Positions 36,961 to 48,790 of a stretch of 64,000 nt of DNA are shown here, piece by piece. The notes below the pieces were generated by a model, which was not told the DNA's origin, ran no database searches, and saw only the letters and a program-made list of their open reading frames with translations. The position numbers and the translations under genes are program-made. Location: positions 1,302,001-1,366,000 of the forward strand of contig MU057711.1 in NCBI GenBank assembly GCA_013265495.1. The letters are read 5' to 3'. Each line of letters begins with the position of its first letter. The stretch's first letter is position 1. Source of the DNA: Vicugna vicugna (taxonomy: Eukaryota).

Positions 36961-37101
36961 GTTATCCAGCTTGGGTCTCAGCCCTGAATTCCGCCTGCCC
37001 CCAGGGCTCTCTGCCCAGCTCCTAAGAAAGGAAGTTTCTTGTTAATCGCAGAAGGGTTTGAATTTGATGGCCGCTTGGTTCTCTTTAAAAAGTTAGTCTA
37101 A

Positions 37102-37610
37102 ACCAGCGGTCTTGCGCAGGTGGCAAATAAACCGGTGTCTGTTCGTAGACATATTTTGTTTCTCCCTCGCGGTGATTAAAAAAAATTTTTTTAAAGATTT
37201 TACTGGTCACTTTTTAAAAATTGGGACATTTTAGGTAAAAGTTCAGATTTCTGGTTTCTCTGAAATTATCTGAAGACCTGGCAGTGCTTGTCTAATATTT
37301 ATGTGAAAGTCATTAGTTGAAGGGGTGTGGTGGCAGGTATAACACAGTGGGTGGGAGTATGGCTTCTGGCTTCAGATGGCCTGGTTCAAATTCCAGCTGC
37401 ACAGCTTCATTGCTGTGTGACTTTGGGTGATTTACTTAACTTCTCTGTGCTTCAGTCTCTTCATCTACATTAAAAAAAAAAAAAGGATAATCCCCACGTC
37501 ATCCAGTTATAAGCACTGGGAATAGCATCTTGTGCTTGTTAAGGGCTATGTAAGGTTTATTTATCATGACCAATGGCTGTGCCCTTAGGTGGGGTACATG
37601 CTTTTCATGG
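37102..37610. mobile_element. MER103-like hAT element interrupted by a MIR
   Basis: ttaaaaattgggacatttt..cagatttctggtttctctgaaa..gaagacctggcagtgct; resumes ggctgtgcccttaggtggggtacatgc after the MIR. Confidence 0.6.
37335..37565 (+). mobile_element. MIR SINE
   Basis: cctggttcaaattccagct..gctgtgtgactttgggtgatttacttaacttctctgtgcttcagtctcttcatct. Confidence 0.8.
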
Positions 37611-38839
37611 GTTAGACCCTGGAATTTTCCTGGGTTAAGACATAAGACAGGGTCCAGGGTCTGACAAAGCTACCAGTCAGTGGCGACACTGAGGGTGAGT
37701 CGGAGCAGTGGCATCCTAGCGTGGGGCCACAGCGGGAAGGAGAAGCGGAGGAGCACCTAACTGTGCTCCTCACGTTGTTACCATAAGCCATTTACATCCG
37801 TCAAGGTCCAGTGTATTCTGCAAATGACAGGTTCACAAGAGTGAATGGGTCTGCTTTGGAGATTATTAAAGATTGGTGTTGCTAGCAGGAAGAAGGGAAC
37901 AGAGAGGTGAATGGAAACAATTTCCATTAAAATGGAGTTAGGAGACAAAAGGCACGCGGAGAACTATTTTGAGCCCAAGGCAGGTGACACCGAGATTCAA
38001 AATTTAATGAGCCTTAAATGCCATTGGATGGCTATAGCCAGAGACGCACAGTTACATCAGAAAGGGCCCACACAGTTGCCTGCTTTCTCATAATACTCAA
38101 TTTTTTAAAGGCTCCTTAGAACTAACAAGCTACAACTCAGTCAAATGAGGGAGTCATAACCATTTGCAGCTAAGTGATCTTTCGGCAGGACAGGAAGATG
38201 GAGCCCTGGACTACCTGGCTGCTGGTGTGTCACCCTGTGCTTGGGGACACAGGCCTCCCCTCTTGCCTGGATGTCCGTGCCCGGTGGATTGACCATTTGC
38301 AGATGCCCCCCGTCTCCTGCCCCCTCTCCCTGACGCCGTCGGCCTCGGGATGCCGCCTTCAGCTTCGGCTTCTCAGCGGGGTGGGTTCTGCCGCTTGTCT
38401 GCGACAGTTGGGTTCCCTGCAGGGTGCTGCTGAGTGGCTGGGCTCACAGACAGGGCTTGCATTTGTCTAATGCACAAACAGGGGGAACCAAATTCATTTC
38501 ACAGCTGCGGTTGCTCGCTTAGGACAAGGTGGGGGAGTTTGGGAAAAGTGAAGCCCCTTCCAGCCTCTGAAACACCTACTGACTTGGAAGCCAAAGTCCC
38601 CACAACAAGCATGAATTCCTGAGGACCCTTCTGGCTTCCCCTGAGAGTTCCCTGGCAGCTTTCCACATGTAGTGTATCCTGTGACACAGACAGCCGAGGT
38701 CGGGTTTTCCTGGGTCAGTTACAGAGAGGGAGTCGTGGAGGCGTGGGCAGATGAGAACCTTTTCGCACCTCCCCAGCACTGACTCACAGGACCCCCCTCT
38801 CTGAATCTCCCCACCCTACTCACTTGCTATGACAATCCT

Positions 38840-39115
38840 CGTCCCCAAAGCTTCAGCCATTCTCACATCCCTGTCCTGATTTTCACCCTATCGTTTTGTT
38901 GGTATTTACTTAGTACGTTCAAGCACCAAGATTAGCCTCAGGATAAGCAATAATATCTGTGAAATCACAGGTTTGATGTGTGGGCTTTATTTTTTTTTCC
39001 TACTAGACATTAAAATAAATACATAACTCTCAATGTGGAAAATATTTCTCTATATATCACCTAATATCATCCTGTGAATGACTGGTAATGAAGGTGCAAA
39101 GCTCCTGGGACACTG
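38840..39115 (+). mobile_element. MER113A-like hAT-Charlie element
   Basis: ttagcctcaggataagcaataatatctgtgaaatcacaggtttgatgtg..acattaaaataaatacataact. Confidence 0.65.
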
Positions 39116-39516
39116 CTCAAGAGACAAAGGGAAGAATTCGTTCTGGCAGAAAAAAACTTGGAGGGATCGTGGCACAAGCTCAGAGGCTGGGAAAGATGTG
39201 AATTCAGAGCCAGAGCCTGAGAGAAGCAACTCCCTGAATGTGGTTTGGAGATGCATTTTCTCCCCCCAAAGCATTTGACTTGTTTCAGGTTAATGATATC
39301 AAGCGTTTGGGGCTTAGAAATGCAGGCAGGAAATCAAAGCATAAGGAAGAACAGGGAGGGGAAGGTTGAGGGATGGGGCACTGGTTTTCCTTAGGGAGGA
39401 GGGGTGTGTGTGTTTAACAAAGTGACCCCCAGGTTTGGCCAGAAGGAAGGTTCGGGCTGCCCTGCCTGCCCATTCTCTTCCGACCACAGGACCTTAGGAC
39501 AAAGGGCCTTAAGGCC

Positions 39517-39907
39517 CACATCAGTTTGCTCAGGCTGCCATAACAAAGCACCGCAGACTGAGGGTCCTAAACAGAAGTGTGTTCTCTCACAGTTCTGGAA
39601 CCTGGGAGTCTGAGATCAAGGTCTCAGCAGGGTTGGTTTCTTCTGAGGCCTCGCTCCTCGGCTTGCAGACGGCTGCCTTCTCCCTGCGTCTTGTCTTCAC
39701 ATGGTTTCCCTCTAGGTTTGTCTGTGTTCAAATGTCTTCTTCTTTGAGGACACCAGTGATACTGGGTTAGGGCCCAACCCAAAGACCTCACTTAACCTTA
39801 GTTAGCTCTTTAAAGATCCTATGTCCAAATAAAGTCACATTCTGAGTTACTAGGGGTTAGGACTTTAACATATGAATTTTGAGCGGACACAGCTCAACCA
39901 AAAAACA
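39517..39907 (-). mobile_element. MLT1A0-like MaLR solo LTR
   Basis: gctgccataacaaagcacc..ctcacagttctgg..gtcacattctgagttactaggggttaggactttaacatatgaatttt. Confidence 0.85.
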
Positions 39908-39912
39908 TAGTC

Positions 39913-40072
39913 TTTTTTTTTATAAATTGAAGTATAGTCATCTACAATGTGTCAATTTCTGGTGTACAGCATAATGTCCCAGTCATGCCTATACGTACCC
40001 ATATTCATCTCCATATTCTTTTTCATTAAAGGTTACTACAAGATATTGAATATAGTTCCCTGTGCTCTACAT
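39913..40072 (-). mobile_element. Young 5'-truncated L1 3' end
   Basis: T-tail, attgaagtatagtca..ctggtgtacagcat..gttccctgtgct; TSD aacatagtcttt (39904-39915) / aacatggtcttt (40073-40084). Confidence 0.85.
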
Positions 40073-40740
40073 AACATGGTCTTTGGAATCAAGTAAATGA
40101 AATAATATGTTAGAGCCTCATTTGGCTGCCTCAAATAATGGGACTGTTGTATGGCCACCTGAGCCCAAGGAAGACGGCAAGCTCTTGGTATCCAGGAAAG
40201 GCTGTTGTCAGCCCTGTGGTCCAGCAAGCTTCAGGGACCGGGTGTCTCTGGCTCCTCCAAATAGGATCTGTGGCTAGTTTTCCCTTGTTTTTCACTACTA
40301 GTATGCCTCTGAATGTCAGCCTCCCTGCTTCTCTGTATGAGTCCTCTTGTCCCTCCATACGTTAGCAGCCTGCTGGGCAACTCACATTCCAGACTGGGAG
40401 AATCTGGTCCAGTTGACAGCTATGCCATTTTTTTTTTCTCAAGCTTTGCTACCCCATCTCTCCCCAGCTCCCTGATGAATGGGACCACTTCCGACACAGG
40501 CATGGTGGTCAAGCCTGTTTCCTCTTGAAGATGATAGCAGCTGGCAAATACCACTACTGATACAGAGGAAAAATATCCAGAAGTATTAATCAAGGTGCTC
40601 CTGGAACTCCCACCAATATTGACCATTATCTCATAACCCTCCCCCCGGGGCAGGAGACCATGGGCCATCGGTCTTTAAGAGAGGGGTAGCTCATCAGAAT
40701 CAGAGAGCAAAGGATTCAGATTCATAACCGAGGTTCAGTC

Positions 40741-41518
40741 TTTTCTTTTTCTTTTGTATTTTTTTTTAACTGACACGCAGTCAGTTTACGATGTTGCATC
40801 GATTTCTGGTATACCGCATAATGTTTCAATCATACATATACACACACATATTCCTTTTCATATTCTTTTTCACCACAAGTTACCACAAGATATTGAATAT
40901 AATTCCCTGTGCTATACAGCAGAAGCTTGTTGTTTATTTTATATATAGTAGTGTTTATTTGCAAATCTCAAACTCCCAAATTTATCCCTTTCCATCCCCT
41001 TTCTCCCCAGTAACTGTAAGATTGTTTTCTATGTCTGCAAGTCTGTTTTATAGATGAGTTCATTGGTGTCCTCTTTTTTCTTCTTTTTAGATTCCACATA
41101 TGAGTGATATGGTATTTTTCTTTTTCTTTCTGGCTTACTTCACTTAGAATGACAATCTCCAGCTCCATCCATGTTGCTGCAAGTGGTATTATTTTATTCA
41201 TTTTTATGGCTGAATAATATTCCATTGTATAAATATACCACAACTTCTTTATCCAATCATCTGTCGATGGCCATTTTGGTTGTTTCCATGTCTTGGCTAT
41301 TGTGAATAATGCTGCTATGAACATTGGGGTGCATGTATCTTTTCAAATGTGAATTCTCTCTGAATATATACCCAAAAGTGGGATTGCTGGATCATATGGT
41401 AAGTATATTTTTAGTTTTTTTAGGAATTTCCATAGTGTTTTCCATAATGGTTGCACCAAACTACATTCCCTCCAAGAGTGTAGGAGGGTTCCCTTTGCTC
41501 CACACCCTTCCCAGCACT
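40741..41518 (-). mobile_element. Young L1 3' end with ORF2 C-terminus
   Basis: ORF 40968-41324 MFIAALFTIAKTWKQPKWPSTDDWIKKLWYIYTMEYYSAIK is the L1 ORF2p C-terminus. Confidence 0.95.
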
Positions 41519-41710
41519 TTAAACACTTCTTTAAAGGTCACCAGCATAGATAAGTGACAACCAAGGACCAGATAACCCACCCTAATCTCTTGGTACCCAT
41601 AAACCCTGCCTCTTGAACTTAGTAACAATCCTGGGGAAACGGAAATATCAAATTGACTAAGTTTCCACTACCTAGTTGAACAGAGGCATGAAATGATGAT
41701 TAAGTTTCAG

Positions 41711-42108
41711 GGTATCAGTTTCCTATCACTGCTGTAACAGAGACCACAAACTTAGTGACTTGAAACAACACAAATTTATTATCTTACAGTTCTGCAGGTT
41801 AGAAGTTTGACACAATTTCTCACTGGACAAAAACTCAAGATGCCTGCAGAGCCACGTTTCTTCTGGAGACACTAGGGGCGAATCTGTTTCCTGGTCTTTT
41901 TCAGCTTTGCAGGCCTCCCACTGTACTTGACTTGAGGCCCTTTCCTCCACTTTGTATTGGGTATACCTCCATAACCCAGAATAAGCTTTTAAGAGCTGAT
42001 TAGCAACCTTAATTCCATCTGCACCTTGAGTCTCCCTTGACATGTAGTCATGGGTTCTGGAAACTATGCTGTGTATACCTTTGGGGCACCATCATTCTGC
42101 TTACCACA
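41711..42108 (-). mobile_element. MLT1D-like MaLR solo LTR
   Basis: ctgctgtaacagagaccacaaacttagtgacttgaaacaacacaaatttattatcttacagttctg..catcattctgcttaccaca. Confidence 0.85.
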
Positions 42109-42211
42109 TTCAGTGAACAGTAAGTAAATGTGTGTTTTTTTGCCCATCTGAGTTGGCAGCCTGAGGTTGTGGTCAGGACATTGATGTGTGTGTCTATGAC
42201 AAGAGACTCTG

Positions 42212-45122
42212 ATTTTTGTTGTTTTTTTTTTTTGTCTTTTCTCCCTTTTATTTTTTATTTATTTTATTTTTTTAAACATTTTTTTATTGAGTAACAGTCA
42301 CTTTACAATGTTGTGTCCAATTCCAGTGTAGAGCACAATTTTTCAGTTATACATGAACATACATATATTCATTGTCACATCTTTTTTTTTCACTGTGAGC
42401 TACCATTAAGATCTTGCATATATTTCTCTGTGCTATACAGTACAATCTTGTTAATCTATTCTACATTTTAGAATCCCAGTCTGTCCCTTCCCACCCCCCG
42501 CCCCCCTGGCAACCACAAGTTTGTATTCTATGTGTATGAGTCTGTTTCTGTTTTGTATTTATGTTGGGTTTTGTTTTTTTTTTTTAAGATTCTACATATG
42601 AGTGATCTCATATGGTATTTTTCTTTCTCTTTCTGGCTTACTTCACTTAGAATGACATTTTCCAGGAACATCCATGTTGCTGCAAATGGCATTATGTTGT
42701 CGGTTTTTGTGGCTGAATAGTATTCCACTGTATAAATATACCACTTCTTCTTCATCCAGTCATCTGTCGATGGACATTTAGGCTGTTTCCATGTCTTGGC
42801 TATTGAAAATAGTGCTGCTATGAACATTGGGGTGCAGGCGTCACTCTGAAGTAGGATTCCTTCTGGATATATGCCCAGGAGCAGGATTCCTGGGTCATAT
42901 GGTAAGTCCATTCCTAGTCTTTTGAGGATTCTCCATACTGTTTTCTACAGTGGCTTTCCTTGCTTCCCTCTCCCACTCTTAATGATTTAGATGTCTTCTT
43001 TTACAATTTTATTTTATTCTATTTGTAATTCATGGTAGTTATCACCTTTCCAGTTATGAGTTTCTCATTTTTGCAGCATCCTGCTTCTTTTCTATTTAGA
43101 GTAGACCTGTCAATATTTCTTTTAGCATGGGTTTAGTGTTGCTAAACTCTTTTAGTTTCTGATTGTCTGTGAAGTTCTTTATCTCTCCTTCTATTCTAAA
43201 GGATAGCCTTGCTGGACAGAGTATCCTAGGCTGCATCTTTTTTCATGCAGGACTTTGAATATATCTTGCCACTTCCTTCTGGCCTGTACTGTTTGTGTAG
43301 AGAAATCAGCTGAGAGCCTTATGGGGGTTCCCTTGTAACTCACTCTTTGTTTTTCTCTTGCTGCCTTTAGGAGCATTTCTTTATCATTGACTCTGGCCAT
43401 CTTGATTATAATATGTCTTGGTGTGGGTCTGTTTGGGTTCTTCCTGTTTGGGACTCTCTGAGCCTCCTGTACTTAGATATCTGATTCCTTCTTTAAGGTT
43501 TGGGAAGTTTTCAGTCATGAGTTCTTCAAATACCTTTTCAATCCCCTTTGTTCTTTCTTCCCCTTCTGGAACCCCTATTATGCATAGATTGGCGTGCTTT
43601 ATATTATCCTATAGGTCCCTTATATTGCTTTCACTGTTTTTTATTTGTTTTTCTCTCAGCTGTTCTGATTGGGTGCTTTATGTTGTCCTGTCTTCTAGGG
43701 TCATTTATTCATTCCTCTGCATTATCTAGCCTGCTTTGTACAGCCTTTAGGTCAGCTCTCATCTCAGCAAATGAGTTTACTAATTCTACTTGGTTCTTCT
43801 TTATAGCTTCTATTTCATTTTTGACATATTTTATATCTCTAAACACTATCTCTTTTAGTTCCTTTAGTACTTTGCTCACTCCTTTTTGAAATCTTGATCT
43901 ACTAGGCCATGAATGTGTATTTCCTTGATTGTGCTTTCAGGGGATTTCTCTTGATCTTTTAACTGGGAGTGGTTCCTCTGCTTCTTCATATTGCTCATAT
44001 CTCTCTGGCACCACTGGGTGAGCAGGTCACTCCCGCTCCCGATGCAGCAGTCAGATGCTAAGCTTGGGCAAGGCAGGAGGGCGGATCACGCCCCCTCCCA
44101 ACACCGTGGTCAGGTGCTGCGTTCCTGCCAGGAAGGTGAGTGGTGCCCACCCTCTCCCAGTGCCAGTTGCTCTGCTCTTCTGTGCAGCTGCCGCTCTGCC
44201 TCTGGTCAGTGCTCTGTAGTCGGGCTTGGGGAAGATCATGGGACAGCCCCGCCCCTGCTCCATGCCAAATCTCAGCTCCTGTTTGTCTTGGTGGTGCGAG
44301 TTCTCTGAGGTGCCAGGGCAGAAAGATCCTATCTGCCTCGGACTGTAAACAAGTCTCAGTCCTGCCTAGGAGGTTGCAGAGCCCCCAGGTGCAGATTCAG
44401 GTCTCGGCCCTCCCCCTGCCTGGGTGCTGCACACAGGAGGATATGGTGGCTGTGGCTGCGTCCCACCTCTCTTCTCACAAGAAGTGCCAGTAATGGTGGC
44501 GTGGGTCTGAGGAGACAAAGGACACAGCGCCCTTCTCCTCCAGGGCACACCAGCCATGTTGCTTTGATTTTTCACAATTTATGGGAGACTGAGGTTGTTC
44601 TGCTCCATATCCCTTCCCAGCCACGGTGCCCAGCACCCTGCAGTCCCCTGGGGCTGCCTCAGTGCAGCCGCCCCAGTCCTCCACCTGGCTCAGGCAGCCT
44701 GTCCCAGCCCCCAGTTGCCAGCTCACATCTTGGGCTGGGTGTCGCAGGGAAACTTTGTGCCCATTTGACTTAGTTCTGTTAGTCAAGGGATGCTCGGGGC
44801 AGATCTGAGCCTCAGAGGCTCCTCCTCCATCCGGCTGGCCTCTCCATTGGAGGGGAGAGACCCAGCAAACGAGCGTTAGTCCTCTTTTGCCGCTCCCTCC
44901 CCACAGAACCGGTCCTGGACTGCTTTGTTTTTTCTTCTTTCTTTTTCTCCTTTTCTCCTACCAGAGTTTTGGCATCTTTGTCTTTTGAAGAGGGCAATGT
45001 TCTGTCGGAGTTCTGCAGGTGCTCTGTTTGGCTGAGTGGGTCCATAGATGTGAGTTTTGGTGTATTTGTGGGAGAGGGTGAGCTACGAGCGTCCTTCTAC
45101 TCCACCATCTTGCTTCTCTCTC
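42212..45122 (-). mobile_element. Internally deleted L1: 5'UTR + ORF1 + ORF2 C-terminal remnant + 3'UTR/poly(A), TSD-flanked
   Basis: TSD caagagactctg at 42200-42211 and 45123-45134; 5' terminus ggagagagaagcaagatggtggag with YY1-like site; ORF1 43998-43096; ORF2 C-terminus (ORF 42528-42911); no EN/RT. Confidence 0.9.
43096..43998 (-). pseudogene. Disrupted L1 ORF1p coding region
   Basis: My translation: MSNMKKQRNHSQLKDQEKSPE...IIGVPEGEE...RPTPRHIIIKMARVNDKEMLLKAAREKQRVSYKGTPIRLSADFS...NTKPMLKEILTGLL*, with frameshifts and stops. Confidence 0.9.
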
Positions 45123-45359
45123 CAAGAGACTCTGGTTTTGAGGTTAGAGATTAAGAAGTGTCACGAGGTTTTGTCCCTGTACCACTCTGCTCTAAAACAT
45201 GGTCAGATAAACAATCAGGCCCAACCTTGGAGAGTGAGACCCTGAACTTGAAATTATACAATCTTACAACTGTAACAACCTAGGATTGGAAGGGATCGAG
45301 GAAGGCATCTGGTCCAACCTCTCTGGAACAGGAATCTTCTTCATAGTCTCGTACCTCCA

Positions 45360-46004
45360 TCTTAACCTCCACCATCTGGTCCAGCAGTCCATCCATCATT
45401 TCCCTCCTCCACCAGCCTCCCAAGCCAACTGCCTGCCTCCACTCATGCCCTACATGGTCATTTCACCACACAGTGGTCAGAGATATCTTCTAAAGGGGTG
45501 AATCAGATTGATCACTCCCTGCAGCCATTCCTCTTGGGATACAATCCAGCTCCACACTCTGTACTGCAGCCCATACAGCCCTATGATGTGACAACATGTG
45601 TCTCTCTGAATTTATCTTCTGCCACTCTTCCCCTATTTGTGTTCTAGCAGACTTGTTCTTTCTCTGTTCTTAGTCCATGTGAAACTCGTCCTCATTCCCT
45701 GATATGGGGCACACTGTCCCTTTACCTGGAAGTATTCTCCCCTAGATCTTTCTGTGGTTCCTTTTTTCACTTTATTCAGGTTTCTTCCTTAGACAAGCCT
45801 TTCCTGGGCACCGTTTGCCCCTCTTTGGTGTCTGTAATCACATGTATCACCTTGGGTCTATTTTTTGCTTTCTCTTTCCTCTCTAGGAATATAACCTTCC
45901 TAAGAGCTGGGACCCTGACAACCTTGTTTATTACTGTAGCCCCTGCATCCAGGACATTGCCTGGCACATAAAAGATTCTCTGTAAATATTTGTTGAATGA
46001 ATGA
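45360..46004 (+). mobile_element. L2a 3' region
   Basis: ccacacagtggtcagagatatcttctaaa..gatcactccct..tgcctggcacataaaag..aaatatttgttgaatgaatga. Confidence 0.8.
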
Positions 46005-46744
46005 TCACATGAGTGAATTCCCCCAGGCCCCAGGTACTACTCTGGAAAATCCCCTTGCCAGGGACTCCTGCAGCATATTATTAATGAATTGAATATTTAT
46101 TTCATTCAGAATTAGAAAAACCATAGGATTCTTTTCAATCAACAGACGTGTACAAATTTAGTCCACAGTAAGGACTTCCCAGAATAGGTGTTGGGAGATG
46201 CTCAGCCTCCCTGAGTTTGGGGAAGACCAATCACATGTCAGGATTCTGGTCGGTTTCTAGAGGGAAGCAGAGGCGAACATGACCTGGCACCTTCCCTCAA
46301 GGAAATTATAGACTGGTAGAGCAATAGAGACACATACACGCATTTTTCTGTTTTTCTGACACAAGCAGAATGACATAGAACATAAAGTATGGATAAACCT
46401 CAGGAAGAACAAATAAACTTTGGCACCTTCGCTGTCATTGAATTGGTGGTCTGTGTCCCCTGTTAGCTGATTTCAACAGGAGGACATTAATATTATTGCT
46501 TAATTACACCAGAGCACACCGGGAATTTTTTCTTCAACATTAATTCCCCCGTGGGTTCCTGATATTTGCCTTACATTATTGCCAAGCACTGGAGAGGAGC
46601 AACAAACACAAGAAGGCTCCTAATATTTGGAATCCTCTGCCCTGCTGTGAGTTATTTGCCTTTCCATTTGGAGCTGGAGGATGCAAACCCTTCATCTGTT
46701 CTCACGACCTGTGAGCTGAGCCCCAGGAAGGAGGGTGATCCAGA

Positions 46745-46950
46745 GAACATCTTAGACTTTGCAAAACAATGGAAGATTTCTCATTTGAATGTCTCAACCA
46801 TCACATGGAGGTGATCACAGCTCCACTGATTTACAAATGAGGAAACCAAGGCCAGATTGGGGACGTGATTTATTTGCCTAGAGCCAGACAGTCAGCAAAG
46901 ATGGGACTAGAACTCATATATGCAAACTCCAGCCTGACATATTTGCCACC
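46745..46950 (-). mobile_element. MIR SINE
   Basis: tctcatttgaatgtctcaacc..atttacaaatgaggaaaccaaggccaga..gggactagaactca. Confidence 0.65.
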
Positions 46951-48765
46951 AAACACGAGCTTTTTGCCAGGATATTGACATCTGTGCCAAGTCACATGAC
47001 AGCACACCGCATCACTTATCCTTTACAAATACCATTTTTTTCCATCAACTGCTTCAGGTTAGCATATGTGTTTCATTAACATTTCTAATTAAAACCATAA
47101 TGTGTAAAAATCAGATATTTTCCAGAAGTTACATTCTCCCATATCTAAATTGGTGCCAATTTGCACATGCTAGGTAAATTATTTTAATTTTCCTAATGAA
47201 ATCTTTAGATAAAATTGTATAAAATGGAACCCAGGGGGCTGAATTGAAAGCTCTGAGCCAGCTCTCCACCCAGGCTCCGCTCAGGAAGCAGGGGCTGCTC
47301 TGAGGGAGTGCATTTGGGAGCTGGGCTGGGCAAGAACATTCTTTAGGGTAATACGCATCTTCATAAGAAATTCACTGGAGAGACAGGTGGTTGGATAGGG
47401 TGGAATGTAAGAAAGAACTTTGCTACCACATGGCAAAGAGAGGGAAAAAAAACTGTAAAGAGATGGCTGCAAAGTGGAGGAAATTTTAAAGAAGAAGTGC
47501 TTTAGTTTGTTATTCTGTTTCTGCATGGCCCAAAAGAAGACTGAGAAAAGATTTTGACACTCATTTATCAACACGCATGGTGGATTGCTCTTGCCTGCAA
47601 TGAGATTTCCCAAACCTTAATCATGGCACAATTTTTACTGCATCCTACAGCTACTTGTCCCATTGTTCACCTAATACTTTTACCTTTAATTGATCCATTA
47701 TACTTAAATACATTAATTTACAAAGGAATCTTCATAACACTCTCATAAGAAGAAAACTAATGTAAATAGTATGTATATATGTGCATAGTAAAATAAATAA
47801 ACTACTAAGAAATGTTTGTGAGTCTCCAAGAACCACCCCCTCTAATGTTGATGATCTGTGGATCATGTTAGGAATGCATTGGACTCCACTCTAGCAAAAC
47901 ATCTTCACAGAGAATTGATAAAATTTGAAAAATTGTAATAATTTGGTAATACAGTCTTAATTCATAAGTGAATTGGTAAAAATTCATAACTGAAAAAGCT
48001 TTGTGATAAATGAGAATGAAACACAAGCAAAACAAACAAACAAACAAAATTGACATAACATTGCCTTCCTTTCAATTGCCCAGCTTGAGGGGCAAATGTA
48101 CATCTCCTTTCTCCTCACCCCTGGGTGTGCAAATGTACTGGGGTCTCACCATGCCCCAACACATCACAGGCACTTTAAATTTCAAGCACTGGAGAATTCC
48201 TCTGGAGAAGTCCACCATCTTAGCCATCGTGGTTGCTCCAAGCCGGTTCTCTGCTGCTGTGCTCCCAAGGCTGGGTTGTATGAATGCCTTTGTGGAGGTT
48301 GCGATGGGAGCCCCTGCTTTCTTCCTCACTATTTTCAAAGACACTTCCTCTCTCACCTGGTTCATTCACATTAGAACTTGGTGGCCCATTAAACTCAGAA
48401 CCGAAAACATCAGCAACCAATTATTTTAACGGCGTGTGTGTAAAGGGGCATATTCCTCTTTTCGTGGAGGGCAAATCGGGCATGATCTGCCTGGAGGTGA
48501 AGGGAAGCCACATTCTATTTTTTTGCTGCAGGAAGAAGAAAAACAATAGCGTTAACTCATACTAAAACAAGCTGTATACCCACGTACTCCAAATATAATC
48601 ATGACACAACTTGGTTTTTAGGGAGGCATACTGTGTGTCAGGCACCCCAGCTCAGTTCTTCTACAGATAAGTAGGTAAGCTATAAGGAAGAAAAAATATA
48701 AATTAACTCCCAGAGATAATTATCATTAATATTTTAGCAAAATTTCTTTTGATTTTTTTCTTGCT

Positions 48766-48790
48766 TACACACACACACACTCACACTCAT
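48766..48790. repeat. (CA)n microsatellite
   Basis: acacacacacacacactcacactca. Confidence 0.85.

Noticed and set aside
40968..41324. L1 ORF2-like ORFs as functional genes (also 10955-11326, 42528-42911, 52521-52886)
   Set aside because: Fragments of decayed retrotransposons with stops and frameshifts.
48072..48365. 97-aa ORF with protein-like composition
   Set aside because: No family recognised and no convincing splice or promoter context.
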